Shown: piece by piece, positions 1-13,185 of the stretch
How positions within the stretch are numbered: position 1 is the first letter of the stretch
How the letters are laid out: every line of letters begins with the position of its first letter
From: Octopus vulgaris
Lineage: Eukaryota
Direction: 5' to 3'
Assembly (NCBI GenBank): GCA_951406725.2
Contig: OX597838.1
Location: 27,218,001 to 27,282,000, forward strand
DNA: 64,000 nucleotides
Translations under genes and position numbers: made by a program
The notes under the pieces: model-generated
Told to the model about the DNA's origin: nothing
Databases searched by the model: none
What the model saw: only the letters and a program-made list of their open reading frames with translations

Positions 1-586
1 ATTGTGGCCATGCTGGGGCACTGCTCTGAATGGTTTAGTCAGATAAATCAACCCAGTTCTTATCTTTTAAGTCTGGTACTTATTCTATCAGTTTCTTTTG
101 CTGACCTGCTAAGTTTTGGGGATGAAAACAAATCAACACCAGTTTGTGAAACAGTGAGGGACAAACACTAAGGCACACACACACAAACACACACACACAC
201 ACATGATGGGCTTCCGTACAGTTTTCATCTTCCACCAAGGCGCTGTACAAGTGTCTTCTACTATAGCTATGAAGTGACCAAAGCCTTGTGAGTGGATTTG
301 GTTGATGGAAACTGAGAGAAGCCTGGCATGTGTATATGTGTATGTATGTGTGTGTGTGAATTAGTATTTCCTTTGCTGTCATTGGTTTGTAAACAATGGC
401 TTCTTGATGGTATCATTTGCATACAGCCCACTACAAAAGCATGTCTGAGCTTCTTGGCCTGTTTCTTGATCCTTGTAAACAAAGGGCTTGTTTACATGGT
501 GTTGTCTGTTTCCACTTCTCCGCATAAAACACATCTGGGCTACTTGTTGTTCAGCAGACAGGGTGATTATACCTTCCTTTGTAAAA

Positions 587-820
587 GGCGGCGAGCTGGC
601 AGACACGTTAGTGTGCCGGGCGAAATGCTTAGCTGTATTTCGTCTGTCGTTACGTTCTGAGTTCAAATTCCGCCGAGGTCAACTTTACCTTTCATCCTTT
701 CGGGGGTTGATAAACAGAGTACCAGTTACGCACTGGGGTCGATGTAATCGACTTAATCCCTTTGTCTGTCCTTGTTTGTCCCCTCCTCTGTGTGTAGCCT
801 CTTGTGGGCAGTAAAGAAAT
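587..820 (+). mobile_element. tRNA-derived SINE family A (Meta-domain-like core), full length with TSD
   Basis: Head GGCGGCGAGCTGGCAGA (A box) and GAGTTCAAATTCC (B box); core GTCAACTTTACCTTTCATCCTTTCGGGGTTGATAAA..GTACCAG resembling the MetaSINE domain; 18-bp TSD TATACCTTCCTTTGTAAA at 568-585 and 822-839. Confidence 0.9.
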
Positions 821-1214
821 ATATACCTTCCTTTGTAAATAATAGGATTTTTGTGACAAGAAGGGCACCTGGCTCTGTAAACTCTGCCCCAGTGTACTTT
901 CATCCAACCCATGCAAGTATGGGAAAGTAAATATTAAAATGGTGATGATAATAAAAATGATGAGACTAACTCATCCAGAGCAATGGGTCTGTAACAATGC
1001 CCCCAGCTGAAACCTTATCAACTAATCTAAGTAACATTATTTTCATTCGAAAGTTAATTCATATCTTTTGCTTCTTCACCATCTTTCTCCAGTAATTAAA
1101 ATAAAGATTTACGTCATTAAGTCTCGTATTCTGTACTTCCTCCTTCTTTTGTGACGGCATTAACATACTTTCCATTCGCCCTTCTTTTCATTTTTCGTTT
1201 AATTCATTCTTTTA

Positions 1215-2115
1215 TCTTTTGTTTGTTTCTGTCAATTGAACTATGGACATACCGGAGTCCCGCCTTAAAGGGTTTAGTCGAACAAATTGGCTCCAGGGTT
1301 TTACTTTCTCAAAGTCTGGTGCTTGTTCTATTGCTCTTTTCTTGCCAAACCGATAAGTTGCTGGGATGTAAACAAACCAACAATAGTTGTAAGTGGTGTA
1401 AGCGAGAACAAGCTCAATGCCACACACACACATATGGGGGAACAAGCTCAAAGACACACACACATGTAAGGAGGAAGAAGCTCAAAGACACACTCACGCA
1501 CACACACACATACACACACATATGGTGGGGAGCAATCTCAAAGACACACACACACATATGGTGGGAACAATCTCAAAGACACACACACACACACACACAC
1601 AAACACATATGGTGGGGAACAATCTCAAAGACACACACACACACATATGGTGGGGAACAATCTCAAAGACACACACACACACACACATATGGTGGGGAAC
1701 AATCTCAAAGACACACACACACACATATGGTGGGGAACAATCTCAAAGACACACACACACACACATGGTACGGAACAATCTCAAAGACACACACACGCAC
1801 ACATATGGTGGGGAACAATCTCAAAGACACACACACACATATGGTGGGGAACAATCTCAAAGACACACACACACACATGGTGGGGAACAATCTCAAAGAC
1901 ACACACACACATATGGTGGGGAACAATCTCAAAGACACACACACACACACACACATGGTGGGGAACAATCTCAAAGACACACACACACACACATACACAC
2001 AACCTGAGATAACCTGGGGCTAGAGTAGAAGTCACTTGTCCAAGGAGCTGCGTAGTGGGATTGAACTCAAAATCATGTAGTTGTAAGCTGAGCTCCTTAA
2101 CTACATGGCTATTCC
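1215..2115 (-). mobile_element. Degenerate SINE family B copy expanded by an internal minisatellite
   Basis: 3' part at ~1215-1420 and 5' head at ~2005-2115 align by eye to the reverse complement of intact B copies (e.g. 30339-30742). Confidence 0.7.
1431..2000. repeat. Minisatellite, ~14 units of CATATGGTGGGGAACAATCTCAAAGA(CA)n
   Basis: Constant ~26-nt core with a variable (CA)n spacer; 14 CTCAAAGAC motifs counted. Confidence 0.95.
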
Positions 2116-2394
2116 TATATAACTATATTCTCTGTCTGAAACAGTTTTTCGTTGCATTTAATGTTTTATCAAAATTCAGGTGGAAAGAGCTGAATTGTCT
2201 GCAAAATATATGTAAATGTGTCCCATGACTTTGGAATGTGTTCCATGCTAAAGTATGCTTAGGAATTACTGGCTATTTCCACTGCTGATAGTGACAGCCA
2301 TACACATATATACACACACACAATCACAGCACTTGTGGCAGGACATCAATCATTATTCTGTCAGTTGGTAGTCAGCTGACACAACACACATGTG

Positions 2395-2674
2395 GATGTG
2401 TGTGTATGCATTTATGTATATATATGTATGTGTATATATATGTATGTGTATATATGTATGTGTATATATATGTATGTGTATATATGTATATGTATGTGTA
2501 TATATATATGTATGTGTATATGTATGTGTATATATATATGTATGTGTATATGTATGTGTATTTATATATGTATGTGTATGCATTTATGTATATACATATG
2601 TATGTGTATATATATGTATGTGTATATATGTATGTTTATATATATGTATGTTTATATATATGTATGTGTGTGTG

Positions 2675-2714
<40 letters not shown>
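2395..2714. repeat. Compound (TA)/(TG)/(TATG) microsatellite
   Basis: Directly visible simple repeat. Confidence 0.95.
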
Positions 2715-2717
<3 letters not shown>

Positions 2718-3019
2718 ACTTGGCCACCGGAAGGGATGGAAGGCAGAGTCACATTGAGAATTTAGACATTGAACTGTGATACATTGATGTCTCAATATTA
2801 CAAATAAACGCAGCATAAACCTAATTTTAAACCAATGAAAAGAAACATTCATAAATGTTATCTAATCATTAGGGCATTGATACACTGTTCAAGTCCTTCC
2901 GTTGTGGATAAAACCTGTCTGTCATGACTTAGAGCTGGAATCATTATATATCATCATAGCACCGAGATGGAATTTTTTGGTATCACTATGGTGACAACAT
3001 TTTCATGAGTAAATACGTT

Positions 3020-3565
3020 TGTTGTTTTTACTCGTTACAGTCATTGGACTGTAGCCATGCTGGAGCACTACCACTGTCTTGAAGGGTTTAATTCGACACA
3101 ATCAGCTCCAGTAGTTTTTTTTTGTTTTGAATCTAGTATTTATTCTATCGGTCTTCTTTGCTGAATTGCTAAGTTATGGGGATGTAAGCAAACCAACACT
3201 GGTTGTCAAGCAGTGGTGGGACACACACACACACATACACACACAAAATATAGGCTTCTTTCACTTTCTGTCTATCAAATCCACCCACAAGGCCTTTAGT
3301 CTGGGGCTATAGTAGAAGACACTTGCCCAAGGTGCCATGCAGTGAGACTGAACCTGGAACCATGTGGTTGGGAGAGACAATTTCTTACCAGTCAGTCACG
3401 ACATGCACTTAGCTTCCTCACCGTTTCCATCTACAAAATTGACTCACAAAGCTTTGGGTGGCCTGGGACTAATGAAAGAGACACTTTCCCAAGGTACCAC
3501 ACAGTGGAACTAAACTCGAAACCATGTGGTTTGGCAGCAAATTTTTGACTATACAACCACACCTG
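3020..3565 (-). mobile_element. SINE family B copy plus a second partial head
   Basis: Reverse complement of the B tail (CAGTCATTGGACTGTAGCCATGCTGGAGCAC) and of the head (GAAGACACTTGCCCAAGGTGCC...GAACC); the head region occurs twice. Confidence 0.75.
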
Positions 3566-3767
3566 ATAGATTAACCCTAATTGCAGTCTTTACTGCCAGG
3601 ATATGAAGCAATTCTATAAATATAATTATAAGGGCACTAATGAGTAGTATCACATGCTAGAAATAGACGCCAAATGGCTCAAAGAACTATCCCATTATTT
3701 ACCCTATTAGAACAGGTTGAAACAACAATATAATTATATATTTTGTTTATATATATATATATATATA

Positions 3768-4020
3768 TCATCATCATCATCATCGTTTAACATCCGCTTT
3801 CCATGCTGGCATGGGTTGGACGGCTTGACTGAGGATTGGTGAGCCAGATGGCTGCACCAGGCTCCAATCTGATCTGGCAGAGGAAGGTTGGCATTAGGAA
3901 GGGCATCCAGCTGTATTGTACAGCTGGATGCCCTTCCTAATACCAACCACTCCGAGAGTGTAGTGGGTGTTTTACATGCCTCCGGCACAAGAGCCAGTCA
4001 GGCGGTACTGGCAACAGCCA
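3768..4020 (-). mobile_element. Family C RTE-type retroposon 3' end containing an internal palindrome
   Basis: (CAT)n tail then CGTTTAACATCCGCTTTCCATGCTGGCATGGGTTGGACGG, the reverse complement of the C tails at 35604-35908 and 50351-50713. Confidence 0.85.
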
Positions 4021-4055
4021 ACACACACACACACACACATACATATATACATGTA

Positions 4056-4445
4056 GGTGCAGGTGTGACTGTGGTAAGAAGTTTGCTCTCAACTCCATGG
4101 TTCTGGGTTCAGTCCTACTGCATGGCAAGCGTCTTCTTTTACTTATAGCCTCGTGTTGACCAAAGCCTTGTAAGTGGATTTGGTAGACGGAAGCTGAAAG
4201 AAGCCAGTTGCGTGTGCACGTCTTTTTGTGTCTGTATTTCTTCTTTCCCCCACCATCGCTTGGCAAACTGGTGTTGGTGTGTTTACATTCCTGTCATTTA
4301 GTGGTTCGGCAAAAGAGACTGATTGAATAAGTACTGGGCTTAAGAAAATATAAGTTTTGGGGTCGATTCATTTGACTAAATTTCTTCAAGGTAGTGCTCC
4401 AGCATGGCCCCAGTCTAATGACTAAAAGAAGTAAACATTTAAAGA
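4056..4445 (+). mobile_element. SINE family B
   Basis: Head GGTGCAGGTGTGACTGTGGTAAG...GGTTCAGTCC; tail GGTAGTGCTCCAGCATGGCCCCAGTCTAATGACT. Confidence 0.85.
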
Positions 4446-4611
4446 TATATATTTGTTAAAGAGGACAACACAATTATCCGCTCCATCAGAAATTTGCAAT
4501 GGCTCCATAACTACCATCTCAGCTGTAACCTTGGAGCCCAAGTAATCTGTTACAGCACTTACCTAGCGTACCTAATCGTTTAGATCACCTGTGAACTAAG
4601 CCTCTATACTT

Positions 4612-4642
<31 letters not shown>

Positions 4643-4739
4643 TTATTTATTTATTTTATATATATTTATTTTATATTTTCATTTTTTTATCTTATCTAGT
4701 TTCAGCTCACGAGCTGTGGCCATATATATATATATATAT

Positions 4740-5045
4740 TTATTTAAACTTTTCTTTTTATTATATATTAAATTTTTTTTTAATTATTGACGCTCATGCT
4801 TACAAACATGAACTTATTTAATTCAGTCTATTCTAGGATCTAACCTTTCTCGTGTAGTTTTTACCTAATTTTTGTCAAATATTTCCCTGATGAGATTCTT
4901 ACCCATAAACATGAATTCTTATAAATTCATTATTGGGCCTGAATCGAAACAATTGTAGGATTACAATATTTGTATTTATATTATATTATAATATGTTAAT
5001 AAATTATGTCAATCGTAAATCTCCATTTTCTTTTCATTTTTCTAC
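4740..5045 (+). mobile_element. Probable Penelope-like element terminal (pLTR) fragment beside a (TA)n tract
   Basis: AT-rich insert flanked by simple repeats, carrying a type-I HHR with palindromic stem III followed by AATAAA; this architecture is typical of PLE ends (inference). Confidence 0.55.
4876..4972 (+). ncRNA. Type I hammerhead ribozyme, intact core
   Basis: CTGATGA 4887-4893; stem II GATTC 4894-4898 / GAATC 4941-4945; GAAA 4946-4949; palindromic stem III ACAATTGT; GUA cleavage triplet ending at 4957; stem I TCC/GGA plus CAAATATT 4876-4883 / AATATTTG 4965-4972. Confidence 0.8.
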
Positions 5046-5489
5046 ACACACACACAGATATATATATTGAATATATATATACCTCATTAGGTGTATTAAA
5101 ATTTGTAGAGAAATAGTCCGATCTTTTTCAAATATTTTTTCATAATTCTTTTTTTTTTTCCTAATAAGTATGCACTGCGACATGTTTGAATGTGTAGTAA
5201 GCAGGCCTGTCTTTTAAAATAGGTCAAATAAAGGTAGACTGACTAACAATTATTTCAATTATTTCTTGTTTTTACTGATGTTTCTTCTTCCTTCTCTGCA
5301 ACCCCCCCCCACCTACTCCTCTGGCCTTCCCTGTCTGCCACTGTTGGGCCCCCCCCCACCGCTCCATTCCTTCCACTGCCACCACTAAGTTATCAGCGAG
5401 AAATTTGAAATTGGAAACACAGTCAGGTACAGAGAAGAAAAGGAATGCATGCATTTTTGTCCTCTTCCCCCCACCCGTTGTCACTCCTA

Positions 5490-5964
5490 CCACACACACA
5501 CACACACACACACACAGATATATATTCAAAAGTGTGTGTATATATGTGTTTATATGTCTATACGTATTTATATATCTACATGCGTGCATGTGTATACATT
5601 TGTGCGTATAGGTGTGTATGTATACATAGATTTATGTGTGTGTATGCATACTTATATCTGTATGCATGTGTATGCATACATATATCTATGTGTATGTGTG
5701 TGTATGCATACATTTATCTATATGTGTGTGTATGCATACATATATCTGTATGTGTGTGTATGTATACATATATCTGTATGTGTGTGTGAATACATATATC
5801 TGTATATGTGTGTGTATACATATATCTGTATGTGTGTGTGTGTGTGTGTATACATATATCTGTATGTGTGTGTGTGTGTGTATACATATATCTGTATGTG
5901 TGTGTATGTATACATATATCTGTATATGTGTGTATATGTATACTTATATCTATATGCCTGTGTA

Positions 5965-6001
<37 letters not shown>

Positions 6002-6130
6002 GTCAGCATGGAAAATGGACATTAAATAATGATGGTATGTGTATGTAGGTATACATGTATTTATGTGTCTCTGGATGTGTATGTGTTGTATATTCATGTT
6101 CTATATATATATATATATATATATATGCAT
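5490..6130. repeat. Compound microsatellite/minisatellite (TATACATATATCTGTATGTGTG-like units)
   Basis: Directly visible; explains the overlapping C/V/Y/I-rich ORFs. Confidence 0.9.
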
Positions 6131-7366
6131 ACATTTATGCCTAGTGCTATGTATGTGACATTATTGAAAAATTAAAAAAGATTTCCTAGCTTTTGGAATT
6201 CTTATTATGCGATCTATTGCATTTCAATCTTTTATCATCTTTTTTTCAAAACTATATTTTACGCAAAAGAATAAAAACGAGAAGAAAACAGCATAACCAA
6301 CAAAAACACACAGCAACAAACTTGTAAACCAATCACTTCTCTTGTCTCTATTCTGTCCTTTCAGTTGACTTCAGCAGCAACAGGGAGAGAGAGAAAAGAG
6401 AGACTTACTTAAGATTTAAGCTTGACATTTAAATTGAACAGCATTTGGAATACTAAGGGTCAGCAGCATTCCCAATGTGTTTTAATATTAATCTGTCAGA
6501 TCCCTTATCACTTTACTTGTTTTGATCATTGGACAGCGGCCATGCTGGAGCATGCCCTTGAAGGGTTTAAGTTGAACAAATCGATCCTAGTTTTTTTTTT
6601 TTTTTGCAAAGTCTGGTGGTTACTCATTCTTTTAGCTTCTTAGGTCAAACTGATAAGTTATGGAGATGTAAACAAACCAACAATGGTTGTGAGGCAATGT
6701 CGTGGGGACAACCAGACATGTGCACACACACACACACACACACACTTGTTTTCATGTACTGAATTCACTCGCAAGGCATTGGTCAGGCCTGAGCTTTAGT
6801 AGAAGCCACTTCCCCCAAGATGTTGGACTCTGGGACTGGACCCAGAACTATATACTTACAAAATGAGCTTCTTATTTAATCACAAAGCCATGACATAAGC
6901 AGCAATCATTGACTTTTTATTTTGACAGAAGATACTGTCAGCCCTTTGTAGGGCTCTAATCTTCCATGAAAACCTGTCCAGACATGGGGAAATATTATGT
7001 TGCTTGGAAACAGGTAAGAGTTGGTAATGAGAAAGGCATTTGGCCTTAGAAAATCTGCCTCAATGAATTCTGTCTGACCCATGCAAACATGGAAAAATAA
7101 ATGCTAAAACAACGATGATGGTTACTGGCACAGGTCAATTTAACCTCAGTATATGACTGGTATTGTTATCGACGCCAGCGGAATGGAAAGGGAAGCTGAC
7201 AGTAACTGGATCTGAATTCAGAATGTTGAGCGGGGCATAAAAAACTACATCTAGTCTGAAACATCAACCATGTTGTTTAATATAGTACTGGTGGTTGGTC
7301 TTGGTGCTGGGGAGTGCATTTTGCACCAAAAGCCAGTATGAGAGTTTCTCTCATGGTATTCACCGC

Positions 7367-7597
7367 GGTGGTGAGCTGGCAGAATCGTTAGCACGCTGGG
7401 CGAAATGCGTAGCCGTATTTCGTCTGCCGTTACGTTCTGAGTTCAAACTCTGCCGAGGTCGACTTTGCCTTTCATCCTTTCGGGGTCGATAAATTAAGTA
7501 CCAGTTACGCACTGGGGTCGATGTAATCGACTTAATATCTATGTCTGTCCTTGTTTGTCTCCTCTATGTTTAGCCCCTTGTGGGTAATAAAGAAATA
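7367..7597 (+). mobile_element. SINE family A, full length
   Basis: Closely matches the copies at 587-820 and 52324-52553; core GTCGACTTTGCCTTTCATCCTTTCGGGGTCGATAAATTAAGTACCAG. Confidence 0.9.
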
Positions 7598-9010
7598 GGT
7601 ATCTCCTGCAGTATAGTTTGTTCTAACACAACATCCATGTTTAAGTGGGGATACAGATTACCTTTTGGTACTAACATTGCCTCTGTTGCTAATATATATT
7701 ACTGGTATTGTTATTGATCTTAGAGGGATGGAATAGAAAACTGAGGATTAGTGGGATTTGAACTCAGAACATTGAATGGAGGATAATCTACATCGAGTCC
7801 AGTACACTACCATGTCAGCTTATATGCTGTCATCTAGCTATTGTAAAATATTGGCAGGAGTGTGCAGGAATTTGTAATTTTTTCTCGGCTTTCATTCAAG
7901 GGTGGTTAGGAGCTGCAATAAGGACCCAAGTAGATAATGTCTTGGCTGGTTCTTGGCTTGAAGAGTCCTACGTTTGTGGCAGTCTGCAGTATTCTTCTGC
8001 ATGAAGAATTTAATCTTTCTTCCTTTTCCCTAGCCCTTATCTAACAGGCATTAGAAGAGCATGTAAAGAACTAGAGAGAGAGAGAATAAATACAGAATTG
8101 ACAGGTATCCAGGTGTTGTGGTTGTTATTGTCAATTAGCAATGCTGTCATCTCTGCTTGAGCAGTTATTTAATACGATGTTACCTGAGAAAATGGATTAG
8201 GATTAACTTACATGTTCAATGCAGCTATAACATGCATATGCTATTGTGGTTTGGGTTGAATTTCATTGCTTGCTTGCTTGACATTTGTTTTAATTGTGGC
8301 CATTACATCGTAATGTTGTGGTTTTGCTCCAGGTCAGACCTGGTAGTCCATTCACTCACACATGCATACCCAACCCAGACTATACTTGGCCTCCCCCCTT
8401 TTTTTGTGTTTTTTTCTCTTTACATTAAAACATGCTAAATATACACAAACACACCTCCTCTCTCTTGTAGTCCTTGTTGTGTCTAACCTCCTAGGGACCA
8501 CACTAATTACTATACCTCGCCCTTCCTTCCCACAACTTCATCTCTCTGGAAATCCCTCCTTGCTTTAGCTCTTTCCTGCAGGTGCCTTATAAAGGTTCAA
8601 GAGGAACGTTTATGATATCAGTCTCATAGGTCCTGGAGGGTCTGCAAAAGCTATGGTCACTATCTATGCTTCTAAACCCAGTAATCTTTTATCTTCTTGT
8701 TTCGATCATTAGACTGCGACCATGGTGGGGCACTGCCTTAATGAATTAAAAAAAAAAAAAAACCATGTACATAAACTTAGCTTTCACACACACAAACTGC
8801 TTTTCAAATCCCAAGCATAAACCTACTTCACACGTGCATCTAAATCACCTCACACATACATGTCTTCCACACCTATTTTGCTTCTCTTATGTTTGTTGCA
8901 CACAGACCTACTTCACACACACACAAACAAACCTACTTTACTCACAGGCGCAAACCCACCTCAGAAATACTTCATATTTTTTCTCATGTCTTTGTCATTT
9001 ATTTCTCTTA

Positions 9011-9408
9011 ACATATAAGAAGAGGTGCAGTGGTGTCACTGGAAGACTAACAGACAAAGTAGTCTTTACATGTGGCAAATGTGCATGTACATTAAACACC
9101 AGGAATGTACAAAAAACAGACTCCCTCAAATGTTAGTGGGGGATCCTTAGAAGTAGTAGACAGTTTCTGTTAGTTAGGGGACCAAGTTAGGAGTGGGAGG
9201 AGCGTGTTCTGAAAGCATAGCTGCTAGAGTAAGAATAGGCTGGTCAATGTTCAGAGAATTACTACCTCTGTTAGTAACACAAGGCTTCTCCCTCAGAGTG
9301 AAAGGCAGATTGTATGATGTCTGTGTATGAATAGCTATGCTACATGGCAGTGAGACATGGGCTATGACTACAGAGGACATGCAAAGGCTTGAAAGAAATG
9401 AAGCCAGC
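9011..9408 (+). pseudogene. Decayed RTE-clade LINE ORF fragment (C-terminal RT region)
   Basis: Translates across stops and frameshifts as KRCSGVTGRLTDKVVFTCGKC...SLEVVDSFC*LG...SESIAARVRIGWSMFRELLPLL...SLRVKGRLYDVCV*IAMLHGSETWAMTTEDMQRLERNEAS, with the typical RTE motifs F.YLG and L(Y/H)GSETW. Confidence 0.85.
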
Positions 9409-9719
9409 TTGTTTCCAGGTTAGGTGATGTTCTCCTTGGTTGAACAGGTTTCACAGAAGTTTGGAAATGAATGACACAACTTGTATAAATAATGGTGATA
9501 CTTTCTTAGAAGTATTACATATGTATAGCTTTTAAAATTTGCTTGTTTTAGTCTTTGGACCGAGGCCATGCTGGGGCACCTACCTGAAGGGATTTAGTAA
9601 AATAAATTGACCCCAGGCCTGGTACTTATTCTATCATTCTCTTTTGCTGAACTGCTATGGTACAGGGACATAAATAAACCAACACCAGTTGTCAAGCAGT
9701 AATGGGAGATAAGCACTAA

Positions 9720-9758
<39 letters not shown>

Positions 9759-12700
9759 TATGTACATGGCTGGCTCTTTCCATTTCCACCTACCTAATCC
9801 ATTCACAAGGTTTTGATTGGCTTGGGCCTATAGTAGGAGACGCTTGCCCAATGTGCCACACATTGGAATTGAATTTGGAACTATGTGGTTGGGTAGCAAA
9901 CATCTTACCATGTTGCTATGTGTGTACCTTTATGACGAGCTTCTCGCAGTTTCTACCAAATCCACTCATAACACTTTGGTCTGCCCAGGGTTGTCTGTAG
10001 CAGAGAACACTCACCCAAGGTGCTGCCCAATGGGACTGAACCCAAAACCACTTGATTGCAAAGCAAGCTTCCTTACCACGCAGCTAATCCCCAAGATTTT
10101 TCAAATTTCCATTGGATATGTGGTGTAAAGTTGTGCCATTTATGTCTTCCCATAGAACCGGTGAGATAAACAAGGAGCTTTGAATCCAACCTGTTCGTGC
10201 TCATGCATATTTTCAAGATATTACCTGCCACACGAGCCTTTTATTTCGATTACAATTTGCAATTTGTAGGAGAAAAATAATACTTGCTACAACTCATTCG
10301 TCTGAATAAAGTAGTTCGTACAGGCAAATCTCTACGTCACACCACTGTACTAATTACAATTATAATTAGTGTAGAATATTCCTACCAGCAGTGATCTCAT
10401 GCATTAGATGAGAGTTAATGAAGCGAATGTAATGAAGGCCATAATTTCTTTGGGATTCAATCAAATATGGAACTGAGCAAAAATTTCACCATTTTATTTT
10501 TGTTTTCATTTAAAAAAAAAAAAATTAAAACTAAGTAAAAATACTTTTTCTGTTTGGTTCATCATAGTCCAATGAATACAAATTTTTAACAATTTAAAAA
10601 TTTCTGTGTTGTTGCCTCTACCATAACATTAAAACCAACTTGTTTAGAAATGCTATTTTACCTTCTTGTGCATTTCGGTTGTTGCACTGTGGCCATATTG
10701 GAGCACCATATTGGAAGGTTTAGTTGGACATTTCAACCCCAGTTCCATTTTTTTTCTTTTTTTGAAGTCTGTTACTTATTCTGTTGGCTCCTTTTGCTGA
10801 ACTGCTAAGTTAACAGGGAAGTAAACAAACCAACTAGTTGTCAAGTATTTATTGTAACTAGTTGTCAAGTACTGGTGGGGGACCTACATAAAGACGCACA
10901 TACATATGTTACATATGCCTGATGGGCTTCCACACAGTTTCCTTCTGTGAAATTCACTCATAAAGCATTGATATCGGCCTAGGACTATAGTAGATGGTAT
11001 TTGCTCATAATGCCATTGCTGTGGATTGAACCTGAAAACACAATTGTAAAGTGAGCTTCTAACCCACTCAGCCATGCCTGTACCTATTTAACAAAAAAAA
11101 AAAAACACTATAAAACCATCATTGAAAATACATCTTGAATTTATAGTTAGAGAAAAATTGTCACGCAAAGATAACATCAATGAAACACTTAAGAGGAAAG
11201 GTCGCAGTTGAAATATAAGCAAGCAGGCTTTTAGGAAAACAACCATTTAAATTGTAGCCGCTATCTTATCTGCTGTCTGCCGTTTTACCGTATTTCATTT
11301 ATCATTGTTCATTACCATCGTTTTAATGTTCCTTTATCTATGCTTGCATGGGTCGGAAGGAATTCATTGAAGCTGATATTTTTACAGCTGGATGCCCTTC
11401 TTGTAGTCAACCCTCGTGTTTCCAAACAAGGTGATATTTCCTTGTGGCCGGACATGTTTCCATGGAAGATTGGGAATGAAGGGCACCACTCGCACGATGG
11501 TCACCTGCATTTACAATTATCACATGATGTCAAGGTGCATGTGCACATACACGCTGGCTTGCACATACAGACACAAGCATGCACGTACAGTTATGCAGAT
11601 GCACATACAAATAGAATATGTTTCTTTAACCCATTTGTTACTGACCCACCCCAAACTGCCCCTAGTTCCATGATAAAAATTTCCTGTTTTTAAGGTGATC
11701 TAAGTTAAAAACTTCCACCAATATTTCAGGTTAATTTATGTTCCAAACACCGGTTTAATAACAACAAAGGGAAATATAGTAATGAAAGGGTTAAGTTTCC
11801 ATCCTCCGAATCCATTACAAGGCTTCGGTCAGCCCAGGGCTGTTGTAGAAAACACTTGCTCAAGGTGCCACACAGTGAGATTGAACCTAAAACCATGTGG
11901 TTAGGAAGCAAACTTCTTACCACGCAGCCATACATACCTGTGTCTAAAAAGAAATAAAAGATAAAAATAATAAAAACGGTCTTTCTATATAAATGAAGAC
12001 TACTGTGTTTGGAAATAAGAATAAAAATATATAAAAGAAGTTATTTATTGTATCTTGAAATTAGCATTTGATGGAAAAGAAAAAATAAAATAAAGAAAAA
12101 AGGGAAAGAAAAATATATTTATGTGGATTTATGACTTCCCATATATCTTTTTTTATTTTTTTTTATTTTGTTTTGATTGAGTTCAAATCTACCTGTGTGT
12201 GTCTGTTGGGGATACAAATAGTTGAAGCTTCTTTTTTTACAGAAAGACAAACACAACATAGATCAGCTTGCTATCATCTATCTCACCTTCTCACTTTACC
12301 AGTAGCACACACCTTTTAGCCAACTAGATTCTTGTCTGCTGAAAAGACTAGATAAGTAAACACATACATAGATACAGTTTATATATATATATGTATGTAT
12401 AATGTGTGTATGTGTACGTACATAAATAATAGAGATAAGTAGTTCATGTATAGTGTTTACTGATACTGTCAAAGGTGACAGGTAAGGTGGGTGATTTCAA
12501 AGAAGGAAAATAGTATGAGTTGCCAGTTGGTCAGCGTTGAAAGAGCTTTTTTTTTGTGTTTAGAAGAGGAAGAAAAAGACGACTACTGCGATGAACAACA
12601 ACAATGCAGGGGAGAAATCTAATCCCCTTATTTACACACTTTAATAATTAGTGGCCCTAAAATTGTCAGCTAGCCAGCCATACATGGAAAGTAGCTGGTA

Positions 12701-12801
12701 AGTAAACCAGTCATGGCCTATATTTCTCTGCTATTCAACACATGAATATAGTGTGTGTGTGTGTAGCTGTTTGGTTGATGGTTTTGGGGATTAACCCTTT
12801 A

Positions 12802-13185
12802 GGCGGCAAGCTGGGCGAAATGCTTAGCAGTATTTCGTCTGCCGTTACGTTCTGAGTTCAAATTCTGCCGAGATCGACTTTGCCTTTCATCCTCTCGGGG
12901 TTGATAAATTAAGTACCAGTTACGCTTTGGGGTCGATGTAATTGACTTACTCCGTTTGTCTGTCCTTGTTTGTCCTCTCTGTGTTTGGCCCCTTGTGGGT
13001 AGTAAAGAAATAAGTATTTTGTCTGCCGTTATGTTCTGAGTTCAAATTCCGCCGAGGTTGACTTTGCCTTTCATCCTCTCGGGGTCGATAAATTAGGTAC
13101 CAGTTACACACTGGGGTCAATGTAATCGACTTAATCTGTTTGTTTGTCCCCTGTGTTTTGCCCCTTGTGGGCAATGAACAAATAA
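12802..13185 (+). mobile_element. SINE family A with duplicated body (dimer), inserted just inside a piggyBac-like MITE end
   Basis: Body repeated from ~13013; preceded by TTAACCCTTTA and followed by the MITE body (GATTATTCTGTCAAATGTAATGC). Confidence 0.85.

Noticed and set aside
587-680. SINE heads as genuine tRNA genes
   Set aside because: A and B boxes are present but there is no full cloverleaf; each continues into a SINE body, several with TSDs.
1151-2023. 290-aa ORF and CRISPR-like repeat-spacer look
   Set aside because: The ORF is the translated minisatellite; the spacers are only (CA)n; the context is eukaryotic with no cas genes.
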